Positions 14,659 to 28,430 of a stretch of 64,000 nucleotides of DNA are shown here, in pieces. The DNA comes from Heptranchias perlo (Eukaryota), in contig NW_027139729.1 in assembly GCF_035084215.1 (NCBI RefSeq), positions 1,612,001 through 1,676,000 of the forward strand. The letters are read 5' to 3'. Made by a program: the position numbers and the translations under genes. How positions within the stretch are numbered: the stretch's first letter is position 1; each line of letters begins with the position of its first letter. The notes under the pieces were generated by a model. The model ran no database searches, was not told the DNA's origin, and was given only the letters and a program-made list of their open reading frames with translations.

Positions 14659-15182
14659 TCACTCAGATCGCTGGTGAATGAAAAACTCTCGCCTTTCTTC
14701 TCGATTTATAAAGCCCGCCCCGACCTGGTTGAGAAAGGCACATTATCGGAGAGGCCGGGGAGGAGTGTTTGAATGACAGACAGAGCATGAAGTGCGGGAG
14801 GGGAGGAGACTGGCTCAGAATGACGGACAAGCGGACGTGTAACTTCGAGCTCCGCCTCCAGGAATCAGTTACCGTCCTTTATAAAATTTTCACCAGCATC
14901 AAATGCGAAATACAAATTCAGACACAACCCTTACAGACTCCGGCTTGATATTCAAGGATTGCTGGGAAAAAAGGCGGAAAATACAATTTAAATTCAATAA
15001 TTGAGGCACACTACAGTTCCAATACAATCACGATCATAACAGAATCAATCAGTGCCGCTCCGGGACCGTTGGAAGAGGGAGTTTTAGTTTTCAGATTTGT
15101 AGCTGACAGTAGGCGCCCAATAGTTCAATAAACATAAATCGGTGTGGAAGGCACCCGATACCTTTCCGTGCTTGGGTCAGTA

Positions 15183-15552
15183 TGGGACTGGATAGATTCA
15201 GGCACTGGGATGGATGGAGACTGGTCCTATGTGGGGACTGGATAGATTCAGGCACCGGGATGGATGCAGAATTATCCTGTGTGGGGACTGAATAGATTCA
15301 GGCACTGGGATGGATGGAGAATGATCCTGTTTGGGGACTGGATAGATTCAGAGACTGGGATGGATGGAGACATTTCCTGTGTGAGTACAATGAGTTTCAT
15401 TAGAGCTGAGGTCATTGGGGACTGGATAGATTCTGGGAACGGAATGGATGGTGACACATCCTATGTGGGACTGGATAGATTCAGGGACCGGGATGGACAG
15501 ACCCTGGTCCTGAGTGGGGAATGGATAGATTCAGGGACCGGGATGGACAGAG
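15183..15552 (+). repeat. ~50-bp minisatellite, about 7 copies
   Basis: GGGACTGGATAGATTCAGGCACTGGGATGGA-like units recur at 15184, 15234, 15284, 15334 and onward. Confidence 0.85.
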
Positions 15553-15639
15553 ACTTGCCCCGGGCCACTGTGCGAGGCGGAATCTTACCTTTCGCAACCT
15601 TGGCGTCCAATCTGACCCTGAGACGGGCATCCGACCACA

Positions 15640-16035
15640 TATAGGAATATGGGGAAAGTGCGGGAAAGTGGAGTTGAGGTAAAAATCAGATCAGGCATGA
15701 TCTCATTAAATGGCAGAGCAAGCTCGAGCGGCTAAATGGCCTACTGCTGCTCCTTTCTCTTATGGTCTTTTCCGCTCCATCACCAAGGCCGCCGACTTCC
15801 ACCTCCGAAGCATCGCGCGTCTCCGCACCTGCCTCAGCTGATCTGGTGCAAAAACCCTCATCCATTCCCTTCTTACCTCCAGACTTGGCTATTCCAATGC
15901 TCTCCTGCTCAGCCTCCGATCTTCTGCCCTGTGTAAACTTGAACTCCTCCAAAACACCGTTGCCCTATTCTAATTCCCACCAAGTCCTGTTTACCCATCA
16001 CCCATGTTCTCGCTGACTGACATTGGCTCCCATTC
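15640..16035 (+). mobile_element. CR1 3' end followed by an L2-like fragment
   Basis: GATCAGGCATGATCTCATTAAATGGCAGAGC...GGCCTACTGCTGCTCC tail, then an L2-like TCCAGACTTGGCTATTCCAATGCTCTCCT. Confidence 0.6.
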
Positions 16036-16122
16036 CTTTAACCGCTGGAGAGATGTAATATATTAACGTAGAACGGGGATAACAGTGATCAATAGTTCAG
16101 CCCTTTCATAGATACAGTGGGT

Positions 16123-16138
16123 GGCTCTGAAAAGAGCC
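16123..16138 (-). terminator. Histone 3' stem-loop (H2A copy 2)
   Basis: Minus strand GGCTCTTTTCAGAGCC ACCCA, HDE GAAAGGGCTG. Confidence 0.93.
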
Positions 16139-16168
16139 TTTGGGTTATCAGATTAAATCTCGGCCGCT

Positions 16169-16618
<450 letters not shown>

Positions 16619-17538
16619 TTATACCTTCTGGAGGAGTAGAGTGGGGGAAATTGTGATTGGTCCATCTGTCCTCAATCTCATTGTTTCAATGAACAGTCCA
16701 TTCAGAGAGCTGTTTTATTCACCAATCAACAGCCGGCAATGAGAAAAAGGCGGAAAATACCGAACTGAACCGTTTTTTTTAAAATTTGAAAAGCCCGCCA
16801 ATATATTTGTAACACAAGGAGCGGATTAAGTAAATAATGTCGCCTTAAGACAAATATTTAAAAATCTCTCTCCTTTTACTCTGTTATTCCACATTTCCCG
16901 TCACAACTTCCAGAATCTTTTACAATCCGGTTAAAATCCGGCTTCATTCACCGTTCGCTTTCAATCGGGCGGGAATAAAGTCCCATTTTGTAACGGGACA
17001 GATTCCAGCTCAATCTTTGTAAAAGTAACAAACCACAGATTGTGGATTGATCCCTGTTCACAGGAGCTGCAGCGCGATCGAAACCGGAGCCGAGACTCCT
17101 GGTGTAAGAAGTCGAACAGTGACAGAGCCTTTAGACTATTCTGTACTCGGTGTGAAGTCCCTTTCAGGGCTGCTGTTTTACAAAGGATTGCGGTTCTGAA
17201 AGTGATATTCCCGAATAATGAACAAACAAACGTGAAAAGGAGAAAAAAATGACTGAAGTCTAATCCACCGCCTTAAAACGGCTGTGAAGGTGCAGACGCG
17301 GGGAAAAGGGCGGAATATGATTGGAAATGAGAGGATGATGGACACGTTTTTGGTTATTGGGACCAAATAAAACAGAGACACACAGATTATAACGGGCAGT
17401 GATTATGAGAATCTTCCAGATTTGAAGAGAAATTACAATAGCACATCAGTTATAGAGAGACAGTTAGTATCAAACTATCTACAGTAAAATGATTCCATGC
17501 AGAGGTGTCGTTACAGCGTCTTCAGAGAGACTATGGGT

Positions 17539-17554
17539 GGCTCTTAAAAGAGCC
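17539..17554 (-). terminator. Histone 3' stem-loop (H2B copy 2)
   Basis: Minus strand GGCTCTTTTAAGAGCC ACCCA. Confidence 0.9.
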
Positions 17555-17588
17555 TTTGTGTTAATTTTTTTCAATAGATTGTGGAGCT

Positions 17589-17963
17589 TTACTTGGAGCT
17601 GGTGTACTTGGTCACCGCCTTTGTCCCTTCCGACACGGCGTGCTTGGCCAGTTCCCCGGGCAGCAGCAGGCGCACGGCGGTCTGGATCTCCCGGGAGCTG
17701 ATGGTGTGGCGTTTATTATAATGAGCCAGGCGGGAAGCTTCACCCGCGATGCGCTCGAAAATATCGTTCACAAAGGAGTTCATGATGCTCATGGCCTTGG
17801 AGGAGATGCCGGTGTCGGGGTGAACCTGCTTCATCACTTTGTAGACGTAGATGGAGTAACTCTCCTTCCTCGACTTTCTCCGCTTCTTGCCGCCCTTGGC
17901 TGGTGCTTTACTCAAGGTTTTCTTGGCGCCCTTCTTGGGAGCTGCTTTCTTGTCCTCAGGCAT
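17589..17963 (-). CDS. H2B: Histone H2B (intact)
   Basis: MPEDKK...AVTKYTSSK, 124 aa. Confidence 0.98.
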   Translation of the reverse strand: MPEDKKAAPKKGAKKTLSKAPAKGGKKRRKSRKESYSIYVYKVMKQVHPDTGISSKAMSIMNSFVNDIFERIAGEASRLAHYNKRHTISSREIQTAVRLLLPGELAKHAVSEGTKAVTKYTSSK

Positions 17964-18225
17964 TTTCAAACTCAATCTCAGACCCAGAAATGACCCAAAT
18001 CCGCTCCGAGCTCGGATTAAATAGGCAGCCCCACAGCCCTATGGTAATGAGGGATGGGGGAAGGCAATGATTGTGATTGGGTCATTGGGAGTGATACAAC
18101 GTCACCTTTTCCTTTCACTCTCTGATTGGATATCTGAAGAAACCAATCAGATTTAACATCTGCCACCAATCACAAACACGCTCACACTGCACATTGTCCG
18201 GTTTCAGCAATTTGTTCCGAACTGT

Positions 18226-18257
18226 TGCAGTTCTGCTTCCGGCCAGTAGATGTCCCC
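18226..18257 (+). promoter_or_regulatory. Candidate CTCF site with upstream motif
   Basis: TGCAGTTCTGCTTCCGGCCAGTAGATGTCCCC. Confidence 0.5.
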
Positions 18258-19578
18258 AAACCCCGGGTCATTGAAGTTTGCAGATGAGAGAGGGACAGAA
18301 GATAAACTCATTCTTCACATTATATTGCACGGGTGGGATTTAGAAAAACTGGGAAAGGAAAACACTTGGTAAGACCAAACATGAGTTGTAATGCTGTATT
18401 AAATGCTTGTAATTAATTTAGGGGGTTTAGCCTGCACTGAGCAAGAATCCAACAAAATGCAAGAAGACTGTATTAAGCTTGCTGAAAGGCAGTGTGAATG
18501 GCCATTGAATTTCCATATCGAAAGGTGTGAGGTGGTGCGGTTAGCTCGGGGGAATAAGGAGGCCAAACACTGCTTGGAAAATAAGAGTCTAAATGGTGTA
18601 GAAGAGCAAAGTGATTTAGGGGTACAGATTGACAAATCGTTAAAAGTAGCAACACAGGTTGATGAGGCCACAGAAAGCAAACACAGCACTGGGGTTTATT
18701 TCTAGAGGAATAGAATTGTTAAGCAGATAAGTTATGTTGAACTGTAATTTAAACTGTCAAACCTTCTGCCAAACTGTTAAACCTTCCCTTTCTGAAATCC
18801 GTGCTGACTATTCTTTATTATATTTTCGGTTTCTAGATGTTTTTCTATTGCTTCATTGAGTAAAAGATTCCATGATCATTCCTCCCACCGACCTTTAGTT
18901 AACTGGTCTATAGTTCCCTGGAATTGTTCTATCTCCTGTTTTAAATTATAAGAATCACATTTACTGTCATCCAGTCCTCTGGCACTATTCCTTTTTGTGA
19001 TGATTTTTTCTATATATGTAACAGTGCCTCTGCTATCTTTTCCCTTGCTTCATTTAATATGTGCAGATGGAATCCATCTGGACCAGGAGTTTAACCACCC
19101 TTTCTAACTTAAATGTCTTGATTTCTTTATTGACCTCTTCCTCTAATATCATGTTCACCCTGTTAATCTCCCGGGTAAATACTGAGGAAAAGTAATAATT
19201 CAATATTTCTGGCATTTCACTGACGTTACCACTGAGTTTATTTTGTGCATCCCTTTATGGCACTGAAGCTATTCTGATTTTCCTTGTTTTATTTATGCAT
19301 CTGTAGAATAATTTACTGTTTCTTTTGATATTCCTTGATAATTTAATTTCGTAGTTCCTCTTTGCTTCCCCAATTGTTCTTGTGAAATCTTCCTGACCGT
19401 TTCCTGTTCTCTTTTGTCATCCTCTTATTTAATATTTATAAATGAGAAATTCCACCAGCTTTTTGTGTCTGTTCAGGGGCTGGTGTTTGGGAACTATTTA
19501 TTGTCTATGATTAAAGTGCCAGAAACTCAAAACCCAAACTCCACAGAAACACTCTATTTCTCCCTCCTAGTGAACAAA

Positions 19579-19646
19579 GTGCTACAATGGTGAGCATAGC
19601 TGCCTTCCAAACAGTTAATTCCAACAAGTTTGAATCCCAGTTCGCT
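19579..19646 (+). pseudogene. Degenerate tRNA-Gly(TCC) relic
   Basis: TGGTGAGCATAGCTGCCTTCCAAACAGTT; paralog of 1288-1356. Confidence 0.65.
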
Positions 19647-20409
19647 TAATTCAGAAACACCAAGACTGGAACCGAATTTGATGCTGTTCAGAGCGATAGT
19701 GTTTCCAAAACACAAACGGGTCTAATTTACATTTGAAAAAATACTTTTAAAGCTCATTTATATCCCCCATAATGTTAAATTTATCTCTGTCCCTTTGTAT
19801 TATTATTTCCCCTGATCTGTACTGTGGATATTGAACACAATTGTCCGGATTCAGTGAAATTAATTGATTTTCTGAAGTTTTTCCCTCTGCTGATTCCCGT
19901 TCCTTATTTAAATTATGTCGGATTAACCTTTCTGATCTCTAGAAGGGTCATAGTCCTGAACCGTTAACCCGAGCTTCCCTTCTCCACAGATGCTGCCGGA
20001 CCGGCTGAGTCTTTCCAGCATTTTTTTCTCTCTATTTTATCCCTTTCACCTTTGACGGTCGCCATTAAAACTTCCAGCTTCATGCTCAGTTTTTATTCGT
20101 GTTTCAGTTCGGTTTATTTGAATTAATCTAAATCGTGTCCTGAGAAATCAGACATAAATATTGCGCAATGACGAGTGAAATATAATGGGGCAAATTCACA
20201 ACTATCGAATCAGTAAAACAAAAACTTTATTCTGAATCAATTGTCTTAATATTTCACTGTCAAAATATCAAAAAACACGAGACTAGAAGTTACAGAGAGA
20301 AACTATTTGCTCACACTGCACATTGTCCTGAATCTGGAACAACGACAGACAATGTGAATTTGTTCCACTCTGTTACAGTTCTCCCTTCCGGCCAGTAGAT
20401 GTCAGACTG

Positions 20410-21245
20410 TATATTCATTCTGTATCTGTCAGTCTCCAGTACTGTCTGTGAGTGTGAGACTAATTCTCTCTCTGTCAGACTCTGGTACTGTGTGTGAGTG
20501 TGAGATTCATTCTATATCTGTCAGTCTCTGGTACTGTGTGTGAGTGTGGGATTCATTCTGTATCTGTCAGTCTCTGGTACTGTGTGTGAGTGTGGGATTC
20601 ATTCCGTATCTGTCAGTCTCTGGTACTGTGTGTGAGTGTGGGATTCATTCTGTGTCTGTCAATCTCTGGCACTGTGTTTGAGTGTGGGATTCATTCTGTG
20701 TCTGTCAATCTCTGGCACTGTGTGTGAGTGAGGGATTAATTCTGAATTTGTCAGTCTCTGGTACCGTGTGTGAATGTGGGATTCATTCAGTATCTGTCAG
20801 ACTCTGGTGCTGTATGTGAGTGTGGGATTCATTCTGAATCTGTCAGTCTCTGTATGTGAGTGTGGGATTCACTTTGTATCTGTCAGTTTGTGGTACTGTG
20901 TATGAGTGTGGGATTCATTCTGTATCTGTCAGTCTCTGGTACGGTGTGTGAGTGTGGGATTCATTCTGTATCTGTCAGACTCTGGTCCTGTGTGTGAGTG
21001 TGGGATTCATTCTGTGTCTGTCAATCTCTGGCACTGTGTGTGAGTGTGGGATTCATTCTGTATCTATCAGACTCTGATACTGTGTGTGAGTGTGGGATTC
21101 ATTCTGAATCTGTCAGACTCTGGTACTGCCTGTGAGTGTGGGATTCATTCTGTGACAGTCAGTCTCTGGTATTATATCTCAGTGTAGGATTTATTCTGTA
21201 ACTCAGTTTCTGGGACAAAGTGCAAGTCTGGATTCGTTCTGTATT
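20410..21245 (+). repeat. 46-bp minisatellite, about 17 copies
   Basis: TCAGTCTCTGGTACTGTGTGTGAGTGTGGGATTCATTCTGTATCTG, period 46 (20521, 20567). Confidence 0.9.
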
Positions 21246-21449
21246 CTTATTTCAGGTTACAGTATGTTGCTTGAAACTGTATCTTTAATACATGAATGTA
21301 TGCATAGTCCTTTGTCTAGTGTTAATTTGTAATTATGGATACACTTTAGAACTTTGTTTTAATCATGTAATGTTTGTGAGTTTTGATGTAGGATTACATC
21401 TTAATTTCTGTGAAGACTATTTTAAATGAGAATGTACATTTCAATACCT

Positions 21450-22720
21450 TACTGTGAAATTATTGGACTGGTATTTATTGTGTAGCTCAGGCTGGGCTAG
21501 TGGAATTGATACTTTATCTTTCAAGCTGACACTGTGTGATTTTTGGACTGGTATGTAATGTGTAGTTCAGTCTGCATTAATGGGAATGAGACTGTATCTT
21601 TCAGTCTGACACTGTGTGCTATATTTGGACTTGTGTGTAAGGAATAACTCAGTCTGCAATAATGGAATTGATGCCGTACCTTTCAGCATGAGCTTGACCT
21701 GATTATTGGACTGGTTTGCAATGTGTGCTGAGTCAACACTAATAGGATTGATACTGTATCTTTCAGTCTGACACTGTGTGCTATATTTGGACTTGTGTTT
21801 AAGGAATAACTCAGTCTGCAATAATGGAATTGATGCCGTACCTTTCAGCATGAGCTTGACCTGATTGTTGGACTGTTTTGCAATGTGTAGCTGAGTCAAC
21901 ACTAATAGGATTGATACTGTATCTTTCAGTATGATACTGTATTCGAATTTTGGACCATATATAATGTGTAGCTCAATCTGCACTAATGGAATTGATACTG
22001 TATCTTTCAATCTGACACTGAGATTGTTGGGCTCATATCTGTTGTGTAGCTCAGTCTGCACTAATGGAATTCATACTGCATCTTTCAGCATGACCCTGAA
22101 TGTGATTTCTGGACTGATATCTAATGTGTAACTCAATCTGCACTAATGGGATTGATACTGTATCTTTCAGTCTGATACTGTGTGAGATTTGTATACTGGT
22201 ATGTAACGTGTGGGTCAGTCTGTACTAATCAAATCAAAATTGTACCTTTCAATCTGACACTGAGATTTTTAGACTGGTATTTGATGTGTAGCTCAGTCTG
22301 CATCAATGGAATTGATACTGTATCTTTCAATCTAATACTGTATGAGAATTTTGGACTGGTATCTAACGTGTACCTCAGTCTGCAGTAAAGGAATTGAAAC
22401 TGTACATTTCATTCTGACACTATGAGATATTTGGACATATATGTGAGTCAAATATGGGTCACATCTGAACTGATATCTAATTTGCATCTCAGGGTACAAT
22501 ATTGGCATGAATACTGCATCTTTAAGCTCATAATGTGTGAGTTGTGGGCTGGTATTTAATTTGATTCTTGGAGTACACTATTGTAATTCATGCTGTACCT
22601 ATCAATCAGTACCATGTGTCAGTTCTATCTGGTATGTAATTCGTAGCTAATTCTGAACTAATGTGAGATTAACACAGTTCGTTTCAATCTGATAGTGGGT
22701 GTGATTTTGGACTGGGAATT
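21450..22720 (+). repeat. ~82-bp degenerate satellite
   Basis: TTGGACTGGTATGTAATGTGTAGCTCAGTCTGCACTAATGGAATTGATACTGTATCTTTC units. Confidence 0.8.
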
Positions 22721-23477
22721 ATTTATCTGCCGATCAGTGGTACTGAGTTGTTGTGAAATGGAAATTCCGTCTGTCTCTCCTGCTCTGTTTTGACTGTTGG
22801 ATTGGGATCAGTGTGGGACTGACTATTTCTGCTGTCTGAGACTGTGGGACTGATGACCTGTCTGTGTCTCTGTGCTCTGTGTGTGATAATATACATACTG
22901 TGTGTGAGAAGGAGCTGGCTGCACTGACTGCTCCTTGTGCCTCGGGAGGAGTAAACATCACACTGATTCTGGGTCCTTCAAGTATTTGCCTGTTGGAAGA
23001 TAAATTATACCTTGCAATTCAAAAAAAGATGAAGTAGAAAATACATAAGTGATCAATTGAATCTCTCTGTTAATAATCATTGTAATAACAACAAATGAAA
23101 ACCAGCGATACAAACAGTGTCAGTGTCTGACTCCACTGCAGTGCTGCAGCACTCAGCTTCTGCACACCAGGTGTGTTAGGCTGTTTTTGCAAAAATTTAG
23201 TGACATCCAGACACAACCCAACCCCTGCACTGATCCATGAATGGGGCTACACGATGGACCTTTGTACAGGTCAGGGTTCTAATCCCCTCTCCCTTGGGAC
23301 TAACCATTCAACTGATACATATCACCCGCTGTTTAAAATGTATCCTTCACACTCCTCACCTGAAGCCTGCAATAGATGCTCTTTGTATAACTTCCCATAT
23401 CCTTACTGTCCGGCTCTGTTTACTGCTCAATAACAAACACTAAAGGTTAATGGGCAGGTTTAAAAATTTAGATTTAA

Positions 23478-26400
23478 TACCCGCCACCAATCACAAACAC
23501 GCTCACACTGCACATTGTCCGCTTTCAGCAATTTGTTCCGAACTGTTGCAGTTCTGCTTCAGGCCAGTAGATGTCCCCAAACCCCGGGTCATTGAAGTTT
23601 ACAGATGAGAGAGGGACAGAAGATAAACTCATTCTTCACATTATATTGCACGGGTGGGATTTAGAAAAACTGGGAATGGAGACGAGCTGCAAGTACATTT
23701 TGTTAGACCAAACATCAGTTGTAATAGTGTTAAATTCTTGTAATTGATTTCGGAAATATAGTCAATACTGAGGAAGACTGGGACAAAATAAACTTGCAGA
23801 ACGGCCGTGTCAATGGCCATTGAATTTCAATATAGAAAGATGTGAGGTGGTGCATTTCGCTAGGGGGAATAAGGAGGCCACATACTGCATGGAAAATAAG
23901 AGTCTAAATGGGGTAGAGGAGCAATGTAAATCGTGTCCTGAGAAATCAGAGAGAAATACTGCGCAATGTACAGTGAAATATAATGGGGCAAATTCACAAC
24001 TATGGAATGAGTGAAACAAAAACTTTATTATGAATCAATTGTCTTCATTTTTCATCTTCAAAAAGTGCAAAAATACGAGAGTAAACGTAACAGACAGAAA
24101 CTTCCCTCACATTGCACATTGTCCTGTTTCTGTCACCATGACAGATAATGTGAATTTGTTCCCTCATTGCAGTTGCCGCTTACCGCCAGTAGAGGTCAGT
24201 CTCTGATACTGTATATGAGACTGGGATTTATTCTGTATCTGTATCTCTGGTACTGTGTACGAGAGTGGGGTTTATTCTGTATCTGTATCTCTGGTACTGT
24301 GTACGAGAGTGGGGTTTATTCTGTATCTGTCAGTCTCCAGGTACTATGTATAAGTGTTGCGTTTATTCTGTACCTGTCAGTCTCTGCTACTGTCTGTGTG
24401 TGGCGGATACATTCTGTATCTGCCATTCTCTGCTACTTTATCTCAGTGTGGGATTTGTTCTGTCATTCAGTCTCTGAGACAATGTGCAAGTCTGGATTCA
24501 TTCTGTATTCTTATTTCAGTTTACAATATTGCATTGAAACTGTATCCTTAACACTTTAAAGTATATACAGTTCTTCATCGAGCATTTAATTTGTAAATAT
24601 GGATACACTTTTTGATTTTCTTTAAACAAACGACGTGTGTGCGTTTTGGAGTAGCATTACATCTTAATCTCTGAACTCTATTGTGAACGATAATATACCT
24701 TTCAATCTGTTCACGATGAAATTACTGGACTAGTATGTAATGTATAGTTCAGTCTGCAATAATGGGATTAATTCTGTATCTGAGTCTAACACTGTATGAG
24801 ATTTTTGGACTGGTATGTAATATGTAGCTCATCCTGCACGAAATGAATTGATACTGTATCTATCAGTCTGATACTGTATGAAATTTTTGGACTTGAATGC
24901 AATGTATAGCTCAGTCTGCACGAATGGAATTAATACTGAATCTTTCATTGTGATACTGTATGAGATTTTTGGACTGGTGAGTAACATGTAGCTCAGTCTG
25001 TGCTAATGGAATTGATATTGTATTTTTGAGTCTGATAGGGTATGAGATTCTTGGACTGCTATATAATGTGTGGCTCAGTCTGCACTAATTGAATCGATTC
25101 TGTATCTTTCAGTCTAATATTGTATGAGATTGTTGGACTGATATATAATGTTGAGCTCAGGCGGTGTGAATAGAATTAAATTATATCTTCCAGTCTGATC
25201 ATTTATGATTTTTGGACTCGTATGTAATGTATAGCTCAGTCTGTACCAATGGTATGGATTATGCTTATTTCAGTATAATACTGAGTATTGACCAATATAT
25301 CTAACATGTAGCTCAGTCTGCACCAATAGAATTCATACTATATCTTTCAATCTGACACTATGAGATCTTTGGACTGGTCTATAAAGTGTAACTCAGCCTG
25401 CAGTGATGTGATTGTGGGATTCATTCTGTATCTGTCAGTCTCTGGTACTGTGTGTGAGTGTGGGATTCATTCTGTATCTGTCAGTCTCTGGTACTGTATG
25501 TGAGTGTGGGATTCATTCTCTATCTGTCAGTCTCTGTACTGTGTGTGAGTGTGGGATTCATTCTGTATCTGCAGGTCTCTGGTACTGTGTGTGAGTGTCG
25601 GATTCATTCTGTATCTGTCAGTCACTACTGTGTGTGAGTGTGGGATTCATTCTGCATCTGCAGGTCTCAGGTACTGTGTGTGAGTGTGGGATTCATTCTG
25701 TATCTGCCATTTTCTGCTACATTATCTCAGTGTGGAATTCATTCTGTAATTCAGTCTCTGAAACAATGTGCAAGTGTGAATTCATTCTGTATTCTAATTT
25801 CAGTTTACAGTATCGGACTTGAAACTGTATCTTTAATACTTTAAATTACATATAGTTCTTCGTCTAGTGTTTAATTTGTAAATATGGATACACTTCTCGA
25901 TTTTCTTTAATCAAACATGTGTGAGTTTTGGAGTAGTATTGCATCTTTATCATTCACAATAGAGTTCAGAGATTATGTATCTTTCAATCTGTTCACAGTG
26001 AAATTATTGGATTGGTATGTAATGTTTAGCTCGGTCTGCAATAATGGGATTAATTCTGTATCTCAATCTAATATTGTATGAGATTTTTGGACTGGTATGT
26101 AATATGTAGCTCAGCCTGCACTAAAGGAATTAATACTGTATCTATCAGTCTGATACTGTATTAGATTTTTGGACTGGAATGTGATGTGTAGCTCAGTCTT
26201 GAATAATGGAAGTGATACTGAATCTTTCGATCTGATATTCGATGTGATTTTTGGACTGGTGAGTAACATGGAGCTCAGTACGTGTTATGTAATTGATATT
26301 GTATCTTTGAGTCTGATGGCGTATGAGATTCTTTGACTGCTATATAATGTGTGGCTCAGTCTGCACTGATGGAATTGATACTGTATCTTTCAGACTAATA

Positions 26401-27920
26401 TTGTATGGGATTTCCAGTCTGGTATGTAATGTACAGTTCAGGCAGCGCTAATAGAATTGATACTGTATCTTCAAGTCTGTTCATTTATGAGGTTTTTGGA
26501 CTGGTATATAATGTGTAGCTCAGTCTGAACCAATGGTATTGATACTGTTTATTTCATTCTGTATCTGTCCACAATTATTCTCTCAGATTACATTATGGTA
26601 TTCAATACTGTAGCTTTAATATCTTAATGTTTAAGTCGTTTTTCTCATTATTTAATTGGTAAATATGGATACACTTTAGGATTTGATGCTGGAGGTTTTA
26701 ATCAGATAATTTGTGTGATTTTGGACAACTATTAAATCTGTATCTCTGTGAGTAATATTGTGAATGGTAATATATCTTTCAAACTGATATGGTGACATTT
26801 TTGAATTGGTATATAATGTGTAGATCTTTCTGAACTAAAGGAATTGATACTGCATCTTTAAGTTTTATTGTAAGATTTTTGGACTCGTGTGTAATGTGCA
26901 TCTCGGTCTGTGCTAATAGAATTGATACTGTATCTGTAAATCTCATACTATCAGTATATTATAAACTGGTTTCTAATGTGTTTCTCAGGTTACACTGTCA
27001 CAGCATTTCTCAATCTGATACTGTACATGAGTTTTGGACTTGCAATTTGTATTTGAATGGTACACAATTCGAATGGATACTTCATGTATTAAACTCACGT
27101 GTGTGTGTGAGAGAGTTTTGGGCTAGAATACAATTGGAATCTTGTGGTATCTGGGATTTAATTCATGGCTAATGTTGTCCTTTTGTGAAATTGACAATCT
27201 GAAAGCATGACTTTGGACTGGGATTTTTGTATCCACCTTTCTGCGGGACTGAGTGAGGGGGAAATGGACCAGCGTCTGCCTCACCTGCTCTGTTTGACTG
27301 TTGGATTGAAAATGTGTCTCTGGAACTTGGGATCAGTGTGGGACTGACTACTTCTGCTGTCTGAGACTGTGGAACTGATGACCTGTCTGTGTCTCTGTGC
27401 TCTGTGAGTGATAATGTACTTACTGTGTGTGAGAAGGAGCTGGCTGCACTGTTCCTTTGCCTCGGATGGAGGAAACTTCACATTCATTCTGGCTCCTTCA
27501 AGGGCTTGGCTGTAGAAAGTAACATATATCTTGTAACTCAAGAACAGTGGAGGTAGAAAATACAGAAGTGATCAGTTTAATATCGCTGTTAATAATTATT
27601 TTGAATATCCACAAATGAAAACCAGTGATACAAACGGTGTCAGTGTCTGACTCCACTGCAGTACTGCAGCACTCAGCTTCTGCACACCAGGTGTGTTAGG
27701 CGATTTTAAAGCAATTTAGTGACATCCCCTCCACTGATCCATGAATGGGACGACCCGATGGGGGAGGGACCTTTGTACAGGTCTGGTTTCTAATCTCCTC
27801 TCCCATGGGAATAACCGTTCAACTGAAAGCAAACAACCGCTGTTTAAATTGTGTCCTTCATACTTCTCACCTGGTGCCTGCAATAGATGCTCTTTGTATA
27901 ACTCCCCACATCCTTACTGT
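23478..27920 (+). repeat. Diverged tandem duplicate of ~18160-23425 with an internal deletion
   Basis: 23478-23920 matches 18160-18605; 23928-24190 matches 20128-20400; the satellite blocks and 27285-27920 match 22780-23410. Confidence 0.75.
24700..27040 (+). repeat. Alternating 82-bp satellite and 46-bp minisatellite blocks
   Basis: GGACT recurs at 24807, 24889, 24971, 25053 and 25135 (period 82); 46-mers at 25413-25790. Confidence 0.8.
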
Positions 27921-28149
27921 TCACTGTCCAGTAACAGGGTGAGACTGCAACTAAACCAGGACCATTCACTCCTGGTTTGGGGAGAGAAAGCAGCAATGAT
28001 TTTAAATAGCAGGTTCTTCCCATTCTCTCTCCCTTCCCCTGGACACACCCTGTGCACACACAGCCCGAGAATGACCTCTCCCTTCCCCCGCTCACTCCAT
28101 GTTCCGGGACCAGTTCCTTATCCACTCCGCCTCTTACAAACAGCCCCCG

Positions 28150-28430
28150 GACTCCCCCTGACCTTCCCCCGGACTCAATGCCGATCTCTGAGCCCATCTG
28201 CGGACACGGTCCCGAAGCGATGAGCTGCTGTAACGAGGCTGCTCTTTGCTCCCTTCCCCCGGGGGCCGTGATCTCTCCATTCCCGGCTGTTTTAAACCAT
28301 CTTCTTCCGCTCACTGAGGGAATGGCGCCCACAGGCCGAGCTGGGGGAGGGCAGCGCGCATGCGCTCTTCTGCTCACCAACAACCAGCGCTGGGGGCGGG
28401 GCTGAGTCACGCATGCGCAGATATCTGGTT
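28150..28430. promoter_or_regulatory. GC-rich promoter-like patch with NRF1-like and GC-box motifs
   Basis: GCGCGCATGCGC, GGGGCGGGG, TGAGTCA, GCATGCGCAG. Confidence 0.4.

Larger units (their letters stand above)
17755..20362 (-). repeat. Right arm of the inverted duplication (partner 563-3179)
   Basis: Reverse-complement collinearity. Confidence 0.9.

Noticed and set aside
21450-22460. TGTAGCTCAGT in the 82-bp satellite as a tRNA A box or tRNA array
   Set aside because: No B box or cloverleaf follows
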